Of a stretch of 64,000 bases of DNA, positions 25,252 through 36,299 are shown in pieces. How positions within the stretch are numbered: the first letter of the stretch is position 1; each line of letters starts with the position of its first letter. Under the pieces are notes generated by a model. That model was not told the origin of the DNA. It ran no database searches and was given only the letters and a program-made list of their open reading frames with translations. Origin of the DNA: Eledone cirrhosa (Eukaryota); contig OZ024743.1 of assembly GCA_964016885.1 (NCBI GenBank), positions 230,516,001-230,580,000 on the forward strand. Direction: 5' to 3'. Position numbers and translations under genes: made by a program.

Positions 25252-25533
25252 ATTAAAGGTGGAAAACTGGGAGAGGGCACTTGCCCTGGTGGTCAGGGTC
25301 AGTGTGGCCTTTTAATGGGCTTTCTCCACAAATGTCCCTCGGAAGTCTCCCCCCTATTGGGGAATTTTGTCATCGTTCTATTATTACATCCTCTGTTTTT
25401 TGTTTTTTTTTACACGCAGAAATGTCCATTTGTACCGTCTTGTATTGTCCTGTACTGTCCTTAATGTCTACTTTATGTAAACCCTTGTGGTTAATAAAGA
25501 AAGCATTATTATTATTATTATTAATATTATTAT

Positions 25534-26000
25534 AGTTGCATTTATCTTGCTTTATGTTCATACGAGTTATCACCAAGTGACAACCAGTGACCTCAAGAGA
25601 CAACAAGGTCCGCCATGTTCAAGAAAGAACATACATATTCACACATGCATCTTTAGTGTTTAGACTTGTGATGTACTTATATTGACAGAATCTTCCTTAG
25701 TATATGGGCAGTTCCCATTAGTACTATCTTTTGTATTTCTCCTATACGCGGGTTTCCTGGGATTTGCGATAAGTAATCATTAGACCCCTTAGGTATCATT
25801 CCCAGAGCGCCTAAAACCACTGGTATTGTTTTAGTTCTCAATTTCCACATTTTTCCAATTTCTATCTCCAGGTCCTTATAGTTGCTCAATTTTTCAAATG
25901 TTTTTATAGATACATTCTTGTCTATTGGAACAGACATATCAATTAGCAGGCATACCCTCTTTTGAAAGTCTTTCAATATTATATCAGGTCTGTTTGCATC
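25534..26000 (-). mobile_element. 5'-truncated R4/Dong-like non-LTR element (REL endonuclease C-terminus and 3'UTR)
   Basis: NRPDIIL..CLLIDMSVP..EKLSNYKDL..IPVVLGALG..QKIVLMGTAHILRK*; flanked on both sides by (TAA)n on its sense strand. Confidence 0.88.
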
Positions 26001-26070
<70 letters not shown>

Positions 26071-26283
26071 GTTGTTGTTGTTGTTGTTGTTTTCATCAAT
26101 GTTTGTTTTGCAGAATTCTTAGTGTGAAATCGTCTGTTGAAACTGACATAGTTATATTTAGGGAAGGTCAGGTTGCCAGTATTGTCAATAAAAAGTAACA
26201 CCCACCATAATGATTTTCAGTTTATGTTTATCTTTATTGCTCTTTTTTCATTCAATCTTTTGTCTGTACCCACACACATACAC

Positions 26284-26329
<46 letters not shown>

Positions 26330-26766
26330 CGGCTGTTATTTCTAGCAGCACGAGTATGCGGTAGCTAGACACTGGATAACCATGTGGAAAACCATGTGCA
26401 TTAAACAGTCTTTTTAAATATTTTGAAGTGAAACATACCAATTTTTCTGTGCTTGCTGAAGAGATATAAATGCGGTATTTGTTCCACTTTTTCATTTTTC
26501 GAAACATATTTGGATTTTAGAGTTTAAACCTGTCTACGGAACAGGTTTGATTCTGAAATTTAAATTTGGCCAAGCACCACGGCCATTTGCCAATATACTT
26601 TGTTTTTATTGATTTATTATTTTAAATTGAGACAGGCAAACTATATTATTATAATTAGTATTTTTCAATCTAGCTAACTTAGTCATTTACAATACGAACA
26701 TGGATACGTTGGTATTTGTGTTTATCAAATATATTAATTTATATTAACTTGTATATATATATATAT

Positions 26767-26860
26767 ATGAGATTCTACATGACTAGAACTGTTTCATTCT
26801 TTAGAAATCATCAGGATTATTTCTAAAGAATGAAACAGTTATAGTCCTGTAGAATCTCAT
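26767..26860. repeat. Hairpin, ~42-bp arms, with hammerhead-like core; probable Penelope pLTR remnant
   Basis: atgagattctaca..tttagaaat pairs with atttctaaa..tgtagaatctcat; minus strand reads CTGATGA-tttc-taaa-gaat-GAAAC..GTC. Confidence 0.7.
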
Positions 26861-26938
26861 CTATATTAAAACTTTTATTCTCTGCTATGTATTGAGTACC
26901 TTACTTACTGTGGTTACCTCCGATTCAACCCGGAATAA

Positions 26939-27029
<91 letters not shown>

Positions 27030-27031
<2 letters not shown>

Positions 27032-29128
27032 TTTACGTATCGAGAAAGAGAGAAAAAAGGAGGGATAGGTGATACATATAGTTATTTGCGAAGTAGCGTA
27101 TGCCAAAGTTGGTCGATACTAGTGCCGGCGGTATTAAATATTCGAAGTGTTAATATTTAGTGGGCTAGAGAGTTAGAAGAGCGTAAGCACGTGGGAAAGT
27201 GAAAAATCGGAGAATAGACCGTTAAAACATGTTTATTGAAAATATCACCTACGTACGTTTCGCCCAGTTGGGCTTCTCAAGGGCATAAACAGTCACAAGT
27301 GTTTCTTATATAGTTTGGAAAGAGATTTGGGGGTTAAATCGACATCAAGATTCATTGTTCGCAAAAATATCTTGTTTTGATTTTGCAGCAGGTCAAGGGA
27401 GGTAACTTTGGCGGGTGTTAGGGCAGTCTTTCCCGGATAATTTTTGGTGTGCAGGGATCGTTTTCTGGGTGTTGTTTTGCTGCGCCTGCCCGCCGGGGTG
27501 TTAAGACTTGTTGCAGGGAGATCCAGTGTGTTATTTCACTCTCCATTCTTAACCCATCTAAAGAAGGATATTTTTAAGCGATGTGTACAACTTATCGCTG
27601 TTTCAACTCTGCTGTTGATGAGCTCGTGGGGTGCAGTTATGATGTGGTAGAGCTCCATGAGGCAAAGATCGCATTTCCTCTTGAAGTTGTACGGTGCAGC
27701 CCTGTCGACAATCTCCCAGTGCGTGGAGAAGCTAATGTTTAAGTCCTTTAGTGATGTGATGTAGTCCGCGAGCGAGGTGGAGTGCCTTAGTTTTCTATTT
27801 GTGAAAGAGTGGAGATGTGTTCGAAACCTAATTTTGAACGGGCCGGAGGTGGCCCCTATATAATGTTTAACGCTATTGTGGCTAGTAATAGTGCATCTAT
27901 ATATAACCCTATCGGTCAATCAGTATCCTCTAAGGGGGCACCGTCCTCTGTCGCGGCAGTTGCAATTTCTGTCGCTGTTCCGTCTATTTCCCACGATAAG
28001 ACTATCATTGTTGCTGCCTACGTTGTTAGCTGTGCCACCGCTGCTGTCGTTAGCACAATTACAACCCACAGCACGCGGGATGGTGCGATTGTTATTCCGC
28101 ACGCCATGTTTTGCATGCTCCCCAGTCACCTCGCGGTCATTCTGGTTGCGTCTGCGGATGCCGTTGCCAACACTATTGGATGCTGTCAGGGAGTTGTTAA
28201 GGCCGATACAGTTATTGTCAGGTGTAGGTGCGTCTGTGTCGAGGTGCTGTGTCTTGGTGATCTTACTGTGGTTCGTTGTTCCTATGATGTCTGCTAGGTT
28301 AGGAGTAGTAGAGAAGGATATTTTTATATTGTTCCTATTAATAATTTTTCTATACCTATGGTTGGGTGGGAAGTTCTTCTCTAAGGCTTCGAAGAATATC
28401 CGGGGTATGTTGGAGGCCACACTTCGAGATTAGGGGGGGTGGAACCATAGGACGTTACGGTGGCGATTACGTGTCCTTGTACTTTTGCTACGGGTGGTTC
28501 CATCTAAGTGATCGCTCTTATGCGTGTTAATGCGCTGTCGCCCGTTCGGTGCCCCTTTTACTTTATGCTCGGGTGCACTCTTTCTACCACTTCCATGTTT
28601 ATGTACACGAAGATGTTGGTTGGAAGGCGTTGGTAGTAGGCCGTCGCCTTTGTTGGTTTTGTAATAGGGGAATAGTTTGAGTAATCTACAGTGGTCACCG
28701 TCGCCGGGGACGTGATCTTTGGTGCGGTTATCTATTCTATTATATCCGACTTTACCGAGGTCGCCGCGTGATCGGTTATAGGTATGGCTTACTATAACGT
28801 TAGTTTTATGAGGGGGGTCGTTTCTAGAGCTAGCGTTAGGGATGTAGGAAATTCCTCGGTTAAAGCCGGCGCTTATCAGGGCCCTATTGTAGTAATCAGC
28901 CGCTTGGTTGAAGATATCCTCATTAGCGGATAGTCTCGAGATTCTGTGTGAGATACTATAGACTATGGAGTTGAGAGTCTGCTTAGGGTGGTTGGAGGCA
29001 TAATTAATATAAGAGAGGCACTCTCCAGGCTTATGGTATGGCTTGTATAAGCCCGTACTCAACTCCAGGGTCACGTCCAGGAAGTTGACAACCCTGTGGT
29101 TGAGGTCCATAGTTAAGGATAGGCCGTA

Positions 29129-29131
<3 letters not shown>
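27030..29131 (-). mobile_element. 5'-truncated Penelope-like retroelement
   Basis: ORFs 28430-29110 (VNFLDVTL, YKPYHKP, SYINYASNHP, WFHPP), 27920-28420 (KISFSTTPNL, CNC..CPL) and 27536-27919 (VIYRC..HYIG..FKIRF..H..CDLC..E..NSR.E...C.H). Confidence 0.9.
27246..27285 (-). ncRNA. Variant minimal hammerhead ribozyme in the Penelope 3' pLTR
   Basis: tgcc-CTTGAGAa-gccc(aact)gggc-GAAAC-gtac-GTA^-ggtg; palindromic stem III ACGTACGT; non-canonical core. Confidence 0.6.
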
Positions 29132-29226
<95 letters not shown>

Positions 29227-29296
29227 GTGTGTGTGTGTTTTACCTAATTCCAATGGAAAAGCAAAGGAAAAAAGTGTGTTCCATGTATAGAACAGC

Positions 29297-29486
29297 TATT
29301 TAATTAGAAAGTAAACAACACAAAATGTAACTACTCCATTACCAATGGCAATAATAATATATACGTCTGGATCCTTCGTCAGATAGAGATGTTCATCACA
29401 GACGTATATATTATTATCGCCTGTGATCCAGAAACCTTTGGTAATGGAGTAGTTATATTTTGTGTTGTTCATTTTCTAATTCAATA
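29297..29486. repeat. Nested inverted repeat, probable Penelope pLTR remnant
   Basis: attagaaagtaaacaacacaaaatgtaactactccattaccaa pairs with ttggtaatggagtagttatattttgtgttgttcattttctaat; inner ataataatatatacgtctg pairs with cagacgtatatattattat. Confidence 0.75.
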
Positions 29487-29823
29487 AATATATATATTCA
29501 TATATAAACATAGAAGGTTAGATAAATAGATAATAGAAGAGGTAGAGGGGGGAGAACATTGCGATAGATACATTGATATATATATAAATATTTACTTTTT
29601 AAATGCTAATACGGTCATAATTACGGATTGCCAAACTTTACGTGCTGCTGTATTTATTGGGATCATATATATTTGCCTGCTTTGAGATATAAGGAAAATA
29701 TATACTTAAAATGCATATATGTATAAATCACTCAATAAAATGAGTATGTTTCAAATGGGGGTTATAGCTTAATTATCATGTGTGTGACAGGTATTAGCTC
29801 TATACATGCTGAAATAATTTGAT

Positions 29824-29858
<35 letters not shown>

Positions 29859-30849
29859 AAATCGAAATAATGCATTATGAAGGATAGTACGTATTATTTG
29901 AATGATTTCAAAACCCCGACAATGGTGAGCGGTAAAGTTGGATGCCAGAAAAATATGGGAAAATAGAAAATGGAACAGGGTAAAAATGTAGAATATCTAA
30001 GAAGAAACAATTTCAAAAATCCATTCATTTGCGTAATTTCATTTGGTTTAACATGCTGTTTCACTATTCTATAACAGATACATGACTATACTTGCATTTC
30101 GCGAATATATTTGATCTGTTGCTTAAATGAAGTTATTGACTGCAGAATTTTTCAAAATCTTTCTTTTGTTTCCTGTGTAAAATTCAGACTTTCTACTTCC
30201 GTTTTTGATTTTTGTAGGGTGTAAAACTTTTGATAATTTTCTATTGAATGCTGTAATCTGAAGCCATTTATGTATTACTAGCTGCACTCGAATAGTTTTG
30301 TTGTAGAGACGCATTAGTTGCCTGAATCTAGTAGAACTTCTCTGAACGATAAGACAAATGGATTTAATTTTCCTTTAGGTTATCGACGTTCTTAGTATTG
30401 TGTTTATGAAATATAACAGATAACAAGAGATGAAGTTTGGAAAAATATGTAGAGTGTCGGACAAATGCCACGTATTTTACGTTATGAGTTAGAATTTCGT
30501 CAAGTGAGATTCGTTTGTGGGTCTTAAAACAAATACCAATCAAATGTAAAGGTCGATTTTAATAGTGTTTAGTTTCCTCAGCATCCATGGCCTTGTATCT
30601 GACTTACAATTCAATTTCAAATATATTATAATACTAAATTATGTTAATTGAACGATGTACTTACATATATAATTCGCCTAAATAGATTATGTTTTACTTC
30701 TCTACTTCAATTTATTACAGTGTAAGCTTTTATTTCTTGTATTACCACTAATATGAAACTTGGCTCTTTTTATAGTTTCTCCTTAAAACATAACATTAAT
30801 TATTCTCTAAAAATAGGCTGGTTGATTACACAAGTGGTGGGATTTAAGT

Positions 30850-31017
30850 AGTTTCCTTTACATTCCGACTTCAAATCACACCGAAATAAACATAATCTTT
30901 TAACCTTCCGGGGGTCATATAAATTACAATACCAGGTACGTACTGGATTCGATGTAATTGACTTTCCAATTCCTCCAAATTGCTAGCTTTGTGCCAATAT
31001 TTCAAAGAATTATTATT
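30850..31017 (+). mobile_element. Highly degenerate SINE copy
   Basis: gacttcaaatc..ccttccgggggtcatataaatt..taccag..gctttgtgccaatatttcaaagaattattatt. Confidence 0.55.
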
Positions 31018-31199
31018 CTGGTAGTAATGTAAGAATAGATAAGAGCAGAAAGAAATGACTAAAATGATAACTATATTGTTAGTGAAGAAAATAAAACAAT
31101 GAAAATTTCGGGAAAAAAGAGAAGAATGGGGAGGATGAGTAAAAACGCGTTGTGCAGAGGAGGAGGTGACTAGCAGAAAAACACATGAGTATGATGCAG

Positions 31200-31305
31200 A
31201 GAAGAAGAAGAAGAAGAAGAAGAAGAAGAAGAAGAAGAAGAAGAAGAAGAAGAAGACGACGACGACGACGACAACGAATGCGATGATGATGATGATGACG
31301 ATGAT
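31200..31305. repeat. Compound (GAA)n(GAC)n(GAT)n microsatellite
   Basis: Direct observation. Confidence 0.95.
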
Positions 31306-31782
31306 GGCAATCTTGATGAAGTCAAAGAAAAACGTAAAGAATGAGAGGAAAATGACAAAGAAGACGTTGGGAGTGGTGGTTTCAAATTATTGAACAAAGA
31401 AGATGAAAAGAGAATTCTCATCCAAGTGATAGCGTTCTTCTTTCGATTGATTAATTTCTATGAGTTAGATGGGCTCTAACAAGTCATCACGTGATACAAT
31501 GACTCATAGATGCTTCACAGTCTGTAAATGTTTAAATATGTAAACCTGTTGGTGAACGTTGACGACAGCAGGTAGGAGAAGCAAACAGCAGCAGCGGCAA
31601 CAACAGAAGGAAACAATATTTTGTTCCCGTTTAGAACCCTTTTTATAGTATCTCAGCCCCTAACTGGCTTTGATTCTATGAAACAAATCCATAATTTATA
31701 ATGTGTACCTCATTATATGATAATCTTCTGACATCATTTTCTATGGCGTGTATGTTAAGTTACTAACTTAATTATTGAATAA

Positions 31783-31968
31783 TTAATAATTGTTTCTACT
31801 TTAGGCATAAGGCCAGCAATACCCAGTACATTACTGGTACTTTATTTTATCGACCCCGTAAGGATGAAAGGCAAAGTTAACCTCGGCGGGATTTGAACTC
31901 AGACTGTAAAGGGACGTAACTATGCTAGAAAGCATGGCGTCCAACCCTCTACCGATACTGCCAATTCA
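31783..31968 (-). mobile_element. tRNA-derived SINE, full length
   Basis: Reverse complement closely matches 19461-19660. Confidence 0.9.
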
Positions 31969-32097
31969 CTATTGCTAGTAAATTCTTCAAATTTTTCCTT
32001 TAATTAATTGGAATAGAGTGTATTTCATTAAAATTACTCTCACAAAATTATCAACAAGTCGAAGCAGAGTGAACAGACTCCAATGTGTAAGTCAGCA

Positions 32098-32237
32098 TCA
32101 TAGTTACGTCCCTTTGCGGTCTGAGTTCAAATCCCGCCGAGGTTAACTTGCCTTTCATCCTTACGGGGTCGATAAAATAAAGTACCAGTATTGTACTGGG
32201 TAATTGATGGCCTTGTGCCTAAAGTAGAAACAATTAT
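32098..32237 (+). mobile_element. tRNA-derived SINE, 5'-truncated
   Basis: catagttacgtccc..gagttcaaatcccgccgagg..ggccttgtgcctaaagtagaaacaattat. Confidence 0.9.
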
Positions 32238-33559
32238 GTTGTGTTATCAGCCTTCTGCAGATTAAACCTCTTGGGACGTATTAGTAGTATATATGTTTAA
32301 CTACCAAAGGGGTTCCAGTGATTTTCATATTAATATGGTGCGGTTCCAGTGATTTACATATTATTTGGTAGATCACTGAGCACAATGAGGTAGAACAAAT
32401 ACCACAAGCATCCCATTCCTTACACAAACGATAACGCCAGTCCATCACCCTAGTTGAATAATGTATCTATCTCGAAAGGATATAGTGAGGAGATAGCCTC
32501 AGCCTCGTTTGAACTAACTCACAACACATAAAGCTGGTATATATACTGTCAGACATTCTGACCCCCCCCCCCCCCCGACGCACGCCCACACTTTAAAACT
32601 GGTTAGAGGAAAGACACAAAAATAGTTTAATTTAATCTTCAAAAGGGATAAATCAGAGATATAATATTCTGATCTCGTTGAATTTTCGGAAATATCCGAA
32701 TAATTTATTGGCCGATTGGACACCAGAGGTTATTCTCTTTATAAGCCGATGTTGGTGGTTAGATTTAAGAATGTTTTGGCTACTATTTTTCGCAGGTCGA
32801 TTGACCACAGCATCATTCTATTACAACTACTTTTTAATATTTGATATTTTAACATTCTTTATGGATCCAAGAACGAAAGTCTGTCAGAGGCAAAGTGACC
32901 TTGTAAAATAATTAGCATTAAGATTCTGTATATTTATAATTTATGTGGAACAATAGCTATATAAACAAGTCCCTTCGAATATAAAGAAAAAGAAGAGCCA
33001 CATTTAACAAAGAATTTTGTTGGAATTCTATTAGCCAACCAGGAAAAGGAATCCACATAAATAATTTAAGAAGTAATTCAACGAAAGTATAAAGTAGTAA
33101 AGGTTGTAAAGCCTTTTCCTGATAACACAGAATCTTTTATCATCATAGTTTGTTGAATTAAATACAAGCAAGCAATTGAAAAATAGATTTTGTCCAGGGG
33201 GAAAACTTTGAATTTGAAACATATTTTCAATGTATAGGAAAAGGAACTAGGGAACGGTGTATTTCATATGTGCTGGGATTTACAGGTGTTATCAAAAGTA
33301 TCTTAAGAATTTTTAGAATACTGTCCGTATCATCGAAATGGACTTGAGTTAAAGTAGAATATTTGAGCTAAGCTATTAGTTAGCCCCTCATCAAGCAGAC
33401 CTTTTAAAAAGTCATTCAATTACAGATCAGGCTTTATTTTTTTCAGGATGGTTTACCCTGATCTATGCTATTTTGTTTTCTTAAAAATAGTTGTCTATTT
33501 GAGTGAGATTTTGATTTTGTCATTATGTTTAGCAGATCAAGTGATTACATATAGACTTC

Positions 33560-35400
33560 ATTGTTGTATGCACGTCTGTGAGGTCCCAATCCTACTGCAC
33601 AGCACATTAGACTGACATCCTTTACCATATACTTTTGGCTGACCACTGCCCTTATTGTGCAGTCACTGCTTTTTTGCTGCTAAATTATATAATTTTGTTG
33701 GTTTCAGGTAGCGAGTATTTGAACTGGGCTGTAATTAGAAATCGTTCAATCCCAGCTTTAACCACGGCAACTTGATCACTATTGTGAAATTTGCTTCTCC
33801 TCTTAAATCCTATGCTGTTTTTATGGTATCTACCATGTAGGGGTTTGTCTTGCCATTTTAACCTAGCTTTATGGCGTATTGTTTTCAATTTGGATTATAT
33901 CTTTTTTGTAATTTTCCTTCCTGTTTCTTCTGTTTTCATTTCCTTCATAATTGCCTGTCAACTCAGAGTCTTTCCTGTATTTGTTAGGTTTCCTGATGAT
34001 AGAAAACATTTCTTTTTATTTATTCATGATTCAGGGCTATATTTATTAACTTTCTATGATTTTTCATTTTCATTAAATATTGCTGTAGAGGTTATTCTAT
34101 AATAGTTTCCTTATTGCATAAGGTCTCTATCTCACTCTGTTCCTGGCAGATGCAATTTCACTACATACGATTCTGGTGATATATTCATTATTCTACTTGT
34201 TTTACTGTCTATTATTTCTAGTTAATGTAGTGTCCAGTTCAGAATGCTTTAATTGTAGATTGTTAGTAGTATCGCTAGATTATTGATGCCAATTGCCTTA
34301 TTTTTTGAAATTATTTCTCTCTTAGGGAGTAATCTAATCGTTTTATAGTATTGCTATCTAATCCATACTTTCATCTGTATTTGTTAAATCCCACCTAGGT
34401 AATTGATTCCTAAGTATTTGTATGACAATGTTTGAGCTACGTCAGTTTTTTTATCTAGCACGATAGAGTTTTAAACTAGGTTTCCTCTCTACAGATCTAA
34501 ACTGGCTCATTTTTATAGTCCAAAATTCGTTTCTATTTCTTATGTGAATCCATGAACTGTCTGTAGCTGTGTTTCAATTTGTCTCTCAACTGCAACGTAC
34601 ATAATTAGGTCATCTATAGAGAGCGGATGGCTGATGTTCTCGCCATGACAATTTATCCAGCACCAGACCTGTTTAGTATCTCAGCTGACGATGATAATGT
34701 TAGGTCGCAGATGAGTGGTGACAGGTAGTCCTTTGAAATATCCCACTGTTAATTAATTTCGATTATATCTGCACAAACGAATGCCATATATTTATGGCTT
34801 ATCTTAAAATGTTTGTGTTATTGGAACTCATTTGTTTATGGCTAACGGGTTCAGTGTCTAGGGAACTCGGTCAAAGGTTTATTGGTAATCAATTCCTGTG
34901 ATGCTGACTTTCTTTTCCTTTCCTGCAGTTTTCAGATATGACTTTGGTAATTAGTTTGATCATTACAGCCATTTGAGTCTTTGCAACATCCTTCTACTCT
35001 TCTGGAAATAGGTTGCGTTTTAGCAAGTGTTTGGTTAGTTTCAGTAATATTATTCCAGGTATTGTAGGAAGGCAGGTTATGGGTTAATATTTGAGGGGAT
35101 TTGATGTGTCATTTGTTGGGGTCTGAATTCCTTCCCTTTAAGGCAGTGAGGTTTCATTTTTGATTCCATTAACATCTGAGTAATTGTTTTACACATACAT
35201 CTTGTGACCCTGATAAATATTTCAACCAGAAATTCCAGATTTTGCTATACCATTTCCCTTCCATTTCCTTGTTTTTTTTGTTGTTTTTTTCCGATTTAGA
35301 CACTTCTTCTGATGTATTCCCAAAGTTGTTGAGGGGCTGTGTTTGTTGTTCTTACTATTCTTGTGCCTGGAGATTCCCGTACTGCCCACAATCCTTCCCC
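33560..35400 (-). mobile_element. Heavily decayed R4/Dong-like RT region
   Basis: Frame fragments NFWLKY-like, PITCLPT, GCCKDSNGCNDQ, ISHPLSIDDL, LSYKYLGI, WQDKPLHGRY; boundaries approximate. Confidence 0.7.
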
Positions 35401-36299
35401 AGTAATCTTCAGCTTCTTCTATTCTATATACTTAATAAAGGAATTCCCCGGGTTAATGACATGGTGTCAATATTTTAGTGTATAAATCTAGTGTCACGTC
35501 TAGATATGTCTAAGTTATAATATTTGTATATGCGTTTTTACACACTCTCGAAGGCAGAACTACTGAAATAATTGAAAGTGAAGAGTGCATCATCTTTGCA
35601 TATACCTCATCCGATAGTAGGGGAGCCTTTTTTATACTTATCAATGAGAAATAGGCCTACTACATCGTTTACTTGAGCTGAGTCGCTCGAGCCCATCGTA
35701 GTATGAACAATGTTGTGACGATTTCTTTTTCTAGTTCATAGGGTTCCGTTCAATGCTATGATAGTATGTCTGGCCACTAATAATACTAGCAGAAGAACCG
35801 CGCTAGGGCCGTTTTCTGCTAGCATATATAGTGTGTGTATATATATATATAGTGTGTATATACGCAAATATATATGCACATACATACAATACGTAAATTG
35901 ACAATGTGCACATAAACAGAACAAAGACTGTGTTACACTTTCTTCTGTAATCAGTAAAGTAATCCATGATACATTTAAAAAAAAGGCGATAATGGAGATG
36001 GAAAAGTGATGAAACTGTTGACGGAAAATGTTAATGAATTTTCACTTGAGAATGTCGATGGGAAGCTTCAAGCAGTGAATTTGAAAATAGATGCTGCTGA
36101 CATGAATGAATGAATTACATTTACCAATATGAAGAGTTGACCTTCGCTATATTGTTGTTTTACTGTATTCACATATAGACTTTTTAAGTTTTTGTAATGT
36201 CCCTTTTCTAGCAGTTAAAAAGAAACTAAAAGAGAGTGATAGCTGTTTCACATCAGTGTAGAATTTCTTTGTCGACACAGTTGTCAGCAAACATACTCC

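Larger units (their letters stand above)
19664..25504 (+). mobile_element. Tx1-group LINE copy 4, full length, degenerate
   Basis: Colinear end to end with copy 5; flanked by (att)n on both sides; internal deletion at ~22860. Confidence 0.94.

Noticed and set aside
25677-26201. 174-aa ORF as a real poly-Ile/endonuclease fusion protein
   Set aside because: Chance read-through of (ACA)n(ATA)n into a truncated R4/Dong fragment, starting at a non-ATG codon.
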